Virus record (IMG/VR): IMGVR_UViG_3300026549_001031
Length of the DNA: 64,000 nucleotides
Strand: one strand, 5' to 3'
Source of the DNA: a virus
Taxonomy: Duplodnaviria > Heunggongvirae > Uroviricota > Caudoviricetes
Positions 1 to 8,741 of this stretch are shown here, in pieces. The translations under genes and the position numbers were made by a program. Each line of letters begins with the position of its first letter. The first letter of the stretch is position 1. The notes under the pieces were generated by a model. The model made no database searches, was not told the DNA's origin, and saw only the letters and a list, made by a program, of their open reading frames with translations.

Positions 1-4
1 TCTT

Positions 5-1228
5 ATGAAAGCATATATGGAAACAGTAGGAGAAAGAGAGTGCTTTAAGACAGAGAGTAAGACAGATAGAAATGGAAATGTTACAACTACTGAAAAGAAA
101 GATGGTAAGATTAAGGACCCTAAAAACTGGAAGAAAGACCCTGGTTATTTATTCTGTAAACAGTGGCTAGAGTGGGTTGACTCAAGATGCTTACAGTGGC
201 AGACAATTGTTACAAAGGCATTAAGAAATAGTAGCACAACATTGATTACAATTTTTCAGAGTAATAACTGGTTAAATCAGAATAAAGCAGGAAACACAAA
301 GATTGGTAGCTTAATGCTTAAGGTTGCACAGAAAACTACAAAGATTGTAGGTAAGGGTGCATTGGTATCAACTAACACATGGGGAGATCAGACTTCATAC
401 GCTTGGAAAGCTGAAGTTGCAAAGGGTAAATGGGCAATAGCAACTGGAGAAAGCGGTTTGTCAGATGATGCAACAATATTTAAGCCTTTCAAAGTATTTA
501 CTACAGACCTTGGTGCAGGAGTTAAGGTACCTTTTGATGATTATGGAGCAGGTTCACAAAATTGTTGGACAGATTCTTTTGAAGGACACAAGGGTAATAA
601 ACCTTTAGGTTTACAGTCATACGTAAAATATATGTTTAATGGACTTGCACCTGAATTACAGGCACAGGCTGATGATGGTAGACGTTTACCAGAAACACTA
701 ACACCTGCTGGAGTATTGGTTTCATCATTTACTTATTTAAGCAATCTTGTAGCAAAGAATCCTGGTTTATTTCAGTATAACAACCTTTATGATTGCATGT
801 ACAAGGTATCAATGTTTGAGGACTTCACAGGAGATATGTCAGATGATGATATAAGAGCAGCAGAGGCAGCTGAGGGCAGTGAAGGAGAAAATGGTACACC
901 TGGTATAGACAGTTATAACTTTGATATGGATGATCAACCATTAGAGAATAATGGCATGGGCACAGGAAATACAAGTGCAGGCATGAATAGTGGAGTAGGG
1001 GCTAGCATGGGTGGTGGAAACACTAACATGGGTAATAACAATGCAGGATACTCAAGAAATGGTAATGCACTAGGAAATAATAACAAACAGCAACAGAGAA
1101 TGCCTGATGCACAGTTAAGACAGTTGATACTTAGTGTAATTAAGTCATGCAGAAATGATTTGAGTAGGTCACAGGTCAATCAGTTAGTAAACGTAGGAAT
1201 GAAAATGTTTAGAAAGTGGGGTTGGTAG
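5..1228 (+). CDS. hypothetical protein with Gly/Asn/Met-rich low-complexity C-terminal region; may be 5'-partial (ORF opens at window edge)
   Basis: Long ORF in + frame, directly followed by next gene at 1230; low-complexity GNN/GMG stretch near 950-1100. Confidence 0.5.
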   Translation: MKAYMETVGERECFKTESKTDRNGNVTTTEKKDGKIKDPKNWKKDPGYLFCKQWLEWVDSRCLQWQTIVTKALRNSSTTLITIFQSNNWLNQNKAGNTKIGSLMLKVAQKTTKIVGKGALVSTNTWGDQTSYAWKAEVAKGKWAIATGESGLSDDATIFKPFKVFTTDLGAGVKVPFDDYGAGSQNCWTDSFEGHKGNKPLGLQSYVKYMFNGLAPELQAQADDGRRLPETLTPAGVLVSSFTYLSNLVAKNPGLFQYNNLYDCMYKVSMFEDFTGDMSDDDIRAAEAAEGSEGENGTPGIDSYNFDMDDQPLENNGMGTGNTSAGMNSGVGASMGGGNTNMGNNNAGYSRNGNALGNNNKQQQRMPDAQLRQLILSVIKSCRNDLSRSQVNQLVNVGMKMFRKWGW

Positions 1229-1229
1229 T

Positions 1230-3566
1230 ATGGACATGAATGGTTTATCAGATGAGCAGCAGAAACAGTTGAAAATGTTTCAGCAGATGATAATGAACAT
1301 GGGTAAAGATGAAGATACAGAGAAAAAACCTGAACATACAGAAAGCAAGTTAGGACAGGGCATAAAGAATGGAGCATCTAAACTTGGTAGTAAGATTGTT
1401 GACAAGGCAAAAGATAGTAATATCATTGGAGATATGTCAGTTGGCATGTCAATAGATGAAAGTTATGCATCTGCTGGTTCATCTGTAAACATGGATAATG
1501 TAAAGCATGACATACATGAACATTTTCAGTCACAGAATGATGAGACAGGTACAGTTGATAGTAAAGAGAATAACAGTACTAAAAAGTCAAATGACTTTGA
1601 AATTGATGAGGACAAAATACTTTCAGACATGGGATTTGATGATTCAGACACAGAATCATCAGAGGATGGACATGGTGCAGATACAGAGAGCAGTGGGAGT
1701 TCAAAAGGTGATGCATCACCTGTAGAAAATTCAGACAATCCTAGTTTAAGTCCTGACAAACAGAAAGAATTAAATGCATTTATGAATTTAGTTAACTCAT
1801 TTGGTAAAAATGGGGATAACACTTCGAATAATTCAGCAGAGACAGAGTTTAATAATGATAGCTTTGGGAATGAAGAGGATGATGCATTTACAGCAGGAAC
1901 ACCCGACATGAGTGGTTTAACATCACAGCAACAGAGTGACTTGGAGCAGTTTCAAAATATAATCAACTCTGTTGCATCCGGTGTAGATGCAAGTGCATTT
2001 GACGATGGACGTAATAGAGACTTTGCTGATGGCGCTGTTGAACAGAATGAGATACAAAGAAGAAAAGAAGTTGCAGCTAGAGCAGCATCATCAATGAGGT
2101 TTATGACGACTAAAAAACTTATGAACAGTGGTTTTGATAAGTATATGCTTGAGCAATATTATGATAAGATTGTTTATAAGTACATAACTAAAAATAGGTT
2201 CAACTATTTAGATAGGGGTGAGAACAGTAAGAATGGTTTATACACAGCATCAGTTGTGTTAAGTAACTTTCATTATTGTTGCACACAAGGAGCATGTGAC
2301 CTTAAAACTTATACAGATGCATTGAAAGTTTCAATTGCTAACGGCGAGGATAAGAATAATAATCATAAATATGCACTTGGAATACTTGAGGATTTAGAGA
2401 ATTGTGACTTGGAATATGATCAGATGCCTCCTAAATTGAGTGTATACCTTGAAAGATATAAGGACATTGTCAGTGATGAGGTACGTGAGGAACGAAAAAT
2501 TGCAGAGACAATGGCTAACAATGTGCAGAGGTTTATGGGTGAGGACTTTAGAGAGAGGTCAACAGACTTTGATGAAAGTAGGTTTGTAAACAAGGATGAT
2601 GTGGATGATGCACAGACTCAAGAACAGAAAGTCATTCAGTTATCTAAAGTAGACATGGGATTAGATGATATTGATCCTTTCTATAAATATGATGAGACAG
2701 GTAGTTTGGTGTTTAGTCCTAGAAGTACAACTAAGGTTTGGGAGATACCTGCAAATGATGTAGTTGAGGCTTCAATAAATAAGTTTGATGGTTTCTACAA
2801 ATTTAAGAGAAAGCTCTTTGAATGTAGATATGGTACATCATTTGAGTTTAAGAAATGCTGGGATAAAGTGTTGGACACTATAGAAGAGAAATATAAGAGT
2901 AGATCAATGGTCACTAGAATTGCCATTATAGACCCTCAGGTAAATGTAAATGGGCAGCCTCTGTTACTCAATACAATTCTTGGTGGGGAGTATGATATAA
3001 GACTAGAGGACATTGTAAGTATTAAGCAACTCTTAAGAAAATTTCCTAACTTACAGCAGTTAGTAATTGACATGAATGGTGCACAGTGTATCATTAGAGA
3101 GTACGGATGTACAGTAGATGATGTTTGGAAAGTCTTTCAGGAAGGGAAGAAATTACAGATGCTTGGCATTATACCTGCTGGTTCAACAGAGACAAAGAGA
3201 TTCTACAGACAAAAATTTGCACAGCAGGTAGATGATTTGGAAGAGTTGCTTGATCTTGAGGCATGTAGAATTCAGATAGATCAGTTCGCAGACAGTAAGA
3301 ATCCTAGGTTTTCAGAGAAGAGAGTAGGAAGAGTAGACAGATTCTGGAAAAGGTCAAAAGCATTTGATAAAGGTTTATTTGCACGTGGTGGTTGGGGAAC
3401 TAACCCTAAAAGTTATAAAGTTGCAGATAAGAGATGGAAGAAAGCAGGTTGGACAGTGGCTGGTGCAGGTGCATTTTTAGCCTGTGGAGCATTAACATTG
3501 GTTGGTAAGGCAGCCTCTGGAATACATAATGCAGGTTCAAATAAGGTTTATGACATGTTCAAATAA
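1230..3566 (+). CDS. large acidic hypothetical protein (778 aa) with hydrophobic C-terminal segment
   Basis: Uninterrupted 778-codon ORF, ATG 2 nt after upstream stop (coupled); Asp/Glu/Ser-rich; C-terminal AGAGAFLACGALTLVG hydrophobic stretch. Confidence 0.6.
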   Translation: MDMNGLSDEQQKQLKMFQQMIMNMGKDEDTEKKPEHTESKLGQGIKNGASKLGSKIVDKAKDSNIIGDMSVGMSIDESYASAGSSVNMDNVKHDIHEHFQSQNDETGTVDSKENNSTKKSNDFEIDEDKILSDMGFDDSDTESSEDGHGADTESSGSSKGDASPVENSDNPSLSPDKQKELNAFMNLVNSFGKNGDNTSNNSAETEFNNDSFGNEEDDAFTAGTPDMSGLTSQQQSDLEQFQNIINSVASGVDASAFDDGRNRDFADGAVEQNEIQRRKEVAARAASSMRFMTTKKLMNSGFDKYMLEQYYDKIVYKYITKNRFNYLDRGENSKNGLYTASVVLSNFHYCCTQGACDLKTYTDALKVSIANGEDKNNNHKYALGILEDLENCDLEYDQMPPKLSVYLERYKDIVSDEVREERKIAETMANNVQRFMGEDFRERSTDFDESRFVNKDDVDDAQTQEQKVIQLSKVDMGLDDIDPFYKYDETGSLVFSPRSTTKVWEIPANDVVEASINKFDGFYKFKRKLFECRYGTSFEFKKCWDKVLDTIEEKYKSRSMVTRIAIIDPQVNVNGQPLLLNTILGGEYDIRLEDIVSIKQLLRKFPNLQQLVIDMNGAQCIIREYGCTVDDVWKVFQEGKKLQMLGIIPAGSTETKRFYRQKFAQQVDDLEELLDLEACRIQIDQFADSKNPRFSEKRVGRVDRFWKRSKAFDKGLFARGGWGTNPKSYKVADKRWKKAGWTVAGAGAFLACGALTLVGKAASGIHNAGSNKVYDMFK

Positions 3567-3591
3567 AATAGAGCAAGGAGGTAAAGGGGTT

Positions 3592-3852
3592 ATGAATCAG
3601 ATTAAAGTAAACGGACTTACTAGAGTAACAAGAGCGACAGCAAAGAAGGTATTTAAGGCAGGGGGAACTATTTATGGTTGCCCTTGTAATGTACTACCTA
3701 CAAAGATAAATTCAATTAAGTACGAGGGAAATGGAGAGGCAACCTTTGATTATATTGACAATTCAGCATACTATTATAACTGTCACGACAGTAGGGGAAA
3801 TCAGATGTTCTACTATGTAGATGATGGAGTTGCAGCTGGTTTAGGAAAATAG
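3592..3852 (+). CDS. hypothetical small protein (86 aa)
   Basis: ATG at 3592 preceded by AAGGAGGTAAAGGGG RBS; track ORF start at 3502 overlaps upstream gene and lacks RBS. Confidence 0.5.
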   Translation: MNQIKVNGLTRVTRATAKKVFKAGGTIYGCPCNVLPTKINSIKYEGNGEATFDYIDNSAYYYNCHDSRGNQMFYYVDDGVAAGLGK

Positions 3853-3870
3853 AATAAGAGGATATAGGAC

Positions 3871-4095
3871 ATGATAAAAGAAAGTAATTGCATTATAAAT
3901 GAGAATGGAGATATTGCATTACCTGGATGTACAGCGAAATTCAGGATATGCAATATTGATATCATTAGTGAAATAGAAGAGATCAATATGTTTAGAAAGA
4001 CAATTACATTGGTAGATGGGTATGGTAATCATAGAGAAATATTGTTTGACATGATTTCAGACTTCAAGATATTAAGAAAGAAAAATAATTATTAA
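3871..4095 (+). CDS. hypothetical small protein (74 aa)
   Basis: ORF with AAGAGGATATAGGAC upstream RBS-like sequence. Confidence 0.45.
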   Translation: MIKESNCIINENGDIALPGCTAKFRICNIDIISEIEEINMFRKTITLVDGYGNHREILFDMISDFKILRKKNNY

Positions 4096-4118
4096 AAGTA
4101 GTTGGAGGATAAGAGGAT

Positions 4119-4475
4119 ATGCATAAGGCTAGTATTATTGAGGCATTGAAACTTTCGGAGTTACATGATGGTTGTTACGCAGTAAACAGTCTTAACAAGT
4201 TAAGACTTGATAATTTAACAATTGGTACAGAGTATATGATTGTTGGGGCAGTAAAATCAACAAAAAGTATTTACAACACTGACATGTGTGGTGGAGACAG
4301 AGCATTTCTTTCAAAGAAAGACATCTATTGTTCAGTACTACACATTGATGGAGAAGCAGTTAAGGTGTTTACAGACAAAAAGATTAAGGTTGATGAGCAA
4401 GTAGTAATTAAGGCAAAGCTGGTGCAGACAAACTCAAACATTGGTAAAGCAAGAGTAGTATTTGACGCAGAATAA
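4119..4475 (+). CDS. hypothetical protein (118 aa)
   Basis: ORF preceded by GGAGGATAAGAGGAT RBS. Confidence 0.55.
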   Translation: MHKASIIEALKLSELHDGCYAVNSLNKLRLDNLTIGTEYMIVGAVKSTKSIYNTDMCGGDRAFLSKKDIYCSVLHIDGEAVKVFTDKKIKVDEQVVIKAKLVQTNSNIGKARVVFDAE

Positions 4476-4504
4476 AAACAAAACGGTTTAATCAGGTAGG
4501 ACAT

Positions 4505-5143
4505 ATGAAAACAGGCAAGGAACAGCAGGAAATAGAGAATAAAAAGTTTCAATTTTGGAAGAAATGGTCATCTACACCTCATACAGAAGAGGAGCTTGAG
4601 GAAATGTTGAGGAAAGCACCTGATGCAGTATGTATATCATTTATATGTAGGCATTCACAACTCAGTGGCAAGTTTATTGAAAGAATGATGGCTTTGACTT
4701 GTCCACTAGTGTGCAAGGAGACACCTGAAGAGGACTTGGAGAAAGTGAAACAGGTGCTTATTGAAAAGAATATGTCACCTTCAGGTAATGATTGCAGTAC
4801 AGATGAAATTGAAATTTACAGTGATAAAAAGACATTTATTACACGTGATGGCATATCAAAAGCAAGAATGGGATCAAGTACAGGAAATATAGAACTTGGC
4901 AGATATAATTATGAGACAGCTGGTTCGATTGATAGACTTGATTGGTATTACATATCAATGTTTCAGAAATTAAGTGAGGACTTCATAAGAAAGTATATAT
5001 TCAGGTTGGATTTAAGACAGGTACTTGGATATCAGAAAATACCTCTTGGATTGAGATTAGAGATACAGCAAGTGTTTACAGATACAAGGAAGGAAAGTGT
5101 TAAGACACAGATAAAACAGGCTATACAGTACAAAGCAATTTAG
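4505..5143 (+). CDS. hypothetical protein (212 aa)
   Basis: ORF preceded by AGGTAGGACAT RBS-like sequence. Confidence 0.55.
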   Translation: MKTGKEQQEIENKKFQFWKKWSSTPHTEEELEEMLRKAPDAVCISFICRHSQLSGKFIERMMALTCPLVCKETPEEDLEKVKQVLIEKNMSPSGNDCSTDEIEIYSDKKTFITRDGISKARMGSSTGNIELGRYNYETAGSIDRLDWYYISMFQKLSEDFIRKYIFRLDLRQVLGYQKIPLGLRLEIQQVFTDTRKESVKTQIKQAIQYKAI

Positions 5144-5145
5144 TA

Positions 5146-5174
5146 TTGACATAGAGGTTTATGTGTGTTATAAT
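5146..5174 (+). promoter_or_regulatory. sigma-A type promoter TTGACA-N17-TGtTATAAT
   Basis: TTGACA at 5146-5151, 17-nt spacer, extended -10 TGTTATAAT at 5166-5174, about 30 nt upstream of RBS AGGAGG and ATG 5206. Confidence 0.6.
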
Positions 5175-5205
5175 ATATGTATAAATTAAATTAGGAGGAA
5201 TACAT

Positions 5206-6411
5206 ATGACTTTTAACAATGATGCAATACAGATTATGTATTTAGGCATTGCAGAGACAGTAGGTCCTAAAACAACAGACCTGGTTCAGAATGTATTTGC
5301 AGTTAAAAAAGTGCTTGACAGTCTGGATTGCAAAAGATTAGCTTCTTCAAGTATTGAGAAACTCAAGAAAGAAATTGAGGCCTCAGTAAATGATTACTGT
5401 AGCTCTGATGAAGTTGAAGTGGCAAATCAGAGATTGGTAATGAGTGGAGTTCTAGACTTAGCTAAAGAGGAATTACAGTTACTTACAAAGTTGCTTGAGA
5501 AGAATGAGCAGGACACAGAGGGTACAGGAAATACCTGTTGTAAACATGGAGATAGACATGAGTGTTCAGGAGAGTGTCACTGTCACAATAAAGAGGACAA
5601 GCAGGTAGAGGACATTGAGAATGAAGATGATACAGAGAATGAAGATGTGAGAGCAGCTAAAATTCTTGATAAGTCAGCTGATGCATTATCAAGTATCATT
5701 GATGGTTTACTCGGTATGGTTGATACAGTCAAGACAAGACCTGAAGATGTACCTAACGCCTTTGCAGGTAAAGTAAACGAGGCATTGAATTCTGCTAAGG
5801 AACTCAAGAGAGGCATTTCAGAAGAGATCAAAAGACGTGTTGCAGAGAAAGAGGCAGCAGCTGGTTTAGAGGATGATGAGGCAGCAGGACATAGCATTTA
5901 CTTTGGAGACAATGGAGTAGAAATTGACCTGCATAAGAAAGCAGCTGATGCAAGAAAGAAATATGCATCAAACAATGGTTTATGTCATCAGTGGCGTTTA
6001 AGAAAAGACCTGTTTCAGTGGTTCTATAATGGAACAACATTTGATAATAGTACAAGCTTTCAGGGAATCGCTGATGTACTTGGTATTCATATTGTTGTTA
6101 ACTGTACAGGAGTGCAGGAGATCAATGGAAAAGGAAAAGAATTCATTCTTATGGAAGTTGTAATGCCTGATAAGGATATCAAGTTCATTGCTAAAGATGT
6201 GATTGACATGCAGAAGATTGCACAGTCATATGCACAATACTACTTAAATGAAATGATGCAAAACGTTGTTGACTACAATGGAGCATTAGGATTTGAGGTA
6301 GAATACAGAAGAATGAAAGCAGAGTTAAATGGAGATACATCGTTCGAGCCCGAAAAGACATTAGCAGGCAAGGAATTGGAAAAGGAATTAAAGAGAAAGC
6401 CTTGGCTGTAA
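5206..6411 (+). CDS. acidic hypothetical protein (401 aa) with Cys/His cluster CCKHGDRHECSGECHCH
   Basis: ORF with strong AGGAGG RBS (5187-5192); possible metal-binding Cys/His patch at about aa 105-125. Confidence 0.6.
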   Translation: MTFNNDAIQIMYLGIAETVGPKTTDLVQNVFAVKKVLDSLDCKRLASSSIEKLKKEIEASVNDYCSSDEVEVANQRLVMSGVLDLAKEELQLLTKLLEKNEQDTEGTGNTCCKHGDRHECSGECHCHNKEDKQVEDIENEDDTENEDVRAAKILDKSADALSSIIDGLLGMVDTVKTRPEDVPNAFAGKVNEALNSAKELKRGISEEIKRRVAEKEAAAGLEDDEAAGHSIYFGDNGVEIDLHKKAADARKKYASNNGLCHQWRLRKDLFQWFYNGTTFDNSTSFQGIADVLGIHIVVNCTGVQEINGKGKEFILMEVVMPDKDIKFIAKDVIDMQKIAQSYAQYYLNEMMQNVVDYNGALGFEVEYRRMKAELNGDTSFEPEKTLAGKELEKELKRKPWL

Positions 6412-6437
6412 AATAAGAAAGCATGATAAGATTAGAA

Positions 6438-6478
6438 CAGACACAGCAGATTATGTTGTGCCTGTTTTTATTTTTGTT
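6438..6478 (+). terminator. candidate Rho-independent terminator (imperfect stem + T-run)
   Basis: CAGACACAGC...GTTGTGCCTG imperfect 10-bp stem followed by TTTTTATTTTTGTTT. Confidence 0.4.
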
Positions 6479-6574
6479 TATAGACCATAACGATGGCTTT
6501 ACTTTTAAGAGAAAGTATATTAAATATTATTCAAGTTTTTGGCTAGTATGACATTTAAGGGGGCATTGTAAATT

Positions 6575-7627
6575 ATGGAATATAAGCATATTAAAGAAAT
6601 TGATTTTGCAGCGAATATACAGGAAAGAGTATTTGGTTTATTCATGGCTAAAAATGTAGACATTAGGGTTCAAAAGGATCAGGTTACTAAATACATTTGT
6701 CTAAATATGGTTGACAAAGACTTCTCAATATCTGCAAAGAAATTTGGAGCAACAGACAGTGAGATTGAGGCTATGCAGAATGGTAAAATATATTGTGCAG
6801 CAATAGATGTTAAGAAATATGATAAAGATCCATTGGGTTTCAGTTGTATACTTTACAATTTTGAGGAAGTAAACATGGATCCTAATGAGTTTATTGATTG
6901 GGCAGATGGAATGGATGAGGCTCAGAGAATAATTCAAGGAGCATTTAACATAATTGGTGAGAGCATCTACAAAGATTTGGTATACAATATAGTTACAGAG
7001 CATTGGGGAGACTTTACAGTTTGGACAGCAGCGAGTAGTTTGCATCACAATCAGCTAGGCGGTTTGTTTGTACATACAGCTGAAGTGATTGCACAGAGTG
7101 AGCAAATTGCAGACTTCTGGGAAAATAAGTATGGACCAAACTTTATAAATAAAGAACTCTTATTAAGCGGGGCACTGCTTCACGATATTGCAAAGACACA
7201 GGAATTAGACGTTGACAAATTGAGTGGCACCACTGAATACAGTACAAGGGCATCACTTGAGACTCATATTACAATGTGTGTATCTATGATAGACGTTGAA
7301 GCTTATAAGCTTAAGCTTGGATATCAGGAGTATAGAATCAATGAATTAAATGAGGCAGAGGGTATAAAAAGTGAAGAGCAGTTGCAAAGAGAAAGAGAAG
7401 CAGTGAGTTTATTAAAGCATTTGATACTAGCTCATCATGGTAAATTGGAGTATGGATCACCTATAAGTATGAATGTGCCTGAGGCTTATATATTGAATAC
7501 AGCAGATTTGTTGAGTTCAGAGATGTATAGGTTTAATAGGACATTTAATAACATGGATGCAGGCACTTCAAATTGTGTATGGCTTAGTGGTGTAATGGTT
7601 AATACTTATAAAGAGAGCATAAAGTGA
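6575..7627 (+). CDS. OB-fold + HD-domain phosphohydrolase/nuclease, YhaM-like (3'-5' exonuclease family)
   Basis: N-terminal OB-fold-like pattern (ERVFGLFMAKNVDIRVQKDQVTKYICLNMVDKDFSISAKKFGA); HD motifs H..E(V), LLHDIAK, and LILAHHGKLEYGSP resembling the YhaM HHG..E.GSP signature. Confidence 0.6.
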   Translation: MEYKHIKEIDFAANIQERVFGLFMAKNVDIRVQKDQVTKYICLNMVDKDFSISAKKFGATDSEIEAMQNGKIYCAAIDVKKYDKDPLGFSCILYNFEEVNMDPNEFIDWADGMDEAQRIIQGAFNIIGESIYKDLVYNIVTEHWGDFTVWTAASSLHHNQLGGLFVHTAEVIAQSEQIADFWENKYGPNFINKELLLSGALLHDIAKTQELDVDKLSGTTEYSTRASLETHITMCVSMIDVEAYKLKLGYQEYRINELNEAEGIKSEEQLQREREAVSLLKHLILAHHGKLEYGSPISMNVPEAYILNTADLLSSEMYRFNRTFNNMDAGTSNCVWLSGVMVNTYKESIK

Positions 7628-7672
7628 GAATAAATAAAAAATTTATTTATTTTATGTTTTTGGAGGTTAAGA

Positions 7673-8701
7673 ATGGATAAGCGTAAAAGATTAAATCAGG
7701 CACTGATTGTTGTATTAGTTTTGGTTTTGTTTATTGTGGCAATCTATGTTGCACTTAAAAATAGCAGCAGTAAGAAGGGTGAAACAGTAGGTACAGAAAG
7801 TGGTACAGAGGCAGTAGAGAGTACAGAAAAGAAAGGAATCACTACTTATACAGAGCCACATGAGGAATTGACAGGTGAAAAGGCAGAGACAGCAAGAGAT
7901 AAAATTACAGATGCTTTGAATGAAATTAGTGAAAATAATTCATATATTCAGGTACAGGTTGGAGATAGTAAGTATGACACTTATATTTACAACAAGAATG
8001 GGGAAGCCTTTGGCCAGGCATCTTCAGGAGATTATTCATCAATTTACAGAAAAGATGGTACAAGTGTTAAATACTCAAAGGACAGTGAGAAGTTTAGTAT
8101 TGGACAGGATGTAAGCTTTGTAGATATCTTGAATAATGTAGTAGATGCTACGAAAGATAATGATAAGAACATTAAGTTTTATAGAATGACAACTGAATTA
8201 ACAGATGGCAAGAATAAAGTTTATGACTACAGAATTGATATGCAGGGAGCAGATGCAATTAAAAAGGCATATGGTAGTTTAGCAGATGACATTGGAGATT
8301 CAATCATTGATGCAATGAAAGAATCCATTGGTAAAAATTGGGAACCTCATTTAATTTATTGTTTTTCAGTATCTGGTGAGCCTGGAACAAAAGATAGTAC
8401 ATTTGTTGCTTGTTGTTATATCATTTATAATGAGAGTGAGTACATGAATTGGATTGCTAATGGTTACATTCAGTTAGATGATTGGACACTTGATGAAAAA
8501 TGGTATGACGATGATGCATTGAATAAATTAAGTGGCGATGAAGCATATGATTATGTGGATGGACTTATCACAGATTTAGAGAATCTTATTCAAAAATTTG
8601 CAGATGATAATGGAATTGATCTTAACATTACAGATAATACAGAGGATACAGAGAATTCAGAGAGTAGTACAGAGTTAAATGTAAGTGAGACAGAAAATTA
8701 A
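7673..8701 (+). CDS. membrane-anchored acidic hypothetical protein (342 aa)
   Basis: N-terminal TM helix LIVVLVLVLFIVAIYVAL then long Asp/Glu/Ser/Thr-rich domain. Confidence 0.55.
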   Translation: MDKRKRLNQALIVVLVLVLFIVAIYVALKNSSSKKGETVGTESGTEAVESTEKKGITTYTEPHEELTGEKAETARDKITDALNEISENNSYIQVQVGDSKYDTYIYNKNGEAFGQASSGDYSSIYRKDGTSVKYSKDSEKFSIGQDVSFVDILNNVVDATKDNDKNIKFYRMTTELTDGKNKVYDYRIDMQGADAIKKAYGSLADDIGDSIIDAMKESIGKNWEPHLIYCFSVSGEPGTKDSTFVACCYIIYNESEYMNWIANGYIQLDDWTLDEKWYDDDALNKLSGDEAYDYVDGLITDLENLIQKFADDNGIDLNITDNTEDTENSESSTELNVSETEN

Positions 8702-8741
8702 AATGGTTTGGCAATATTAAGTTTATAGGAGCATATAGATA

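Noticed and set aside
3502-3591. Track start of 3502-3852 ORF (and similar TTG/GTG-initiated extensions at 14865, 18041, 22280, 22577, 40573, 45348, 54528, 61831)
   Set aside because: Extensions overlap the upstream gene or lack an RBS. Internal ATG (or TTG at 45414) with proper RBS spacing, or the conserved paralog N-terminus, supports shorter genes.
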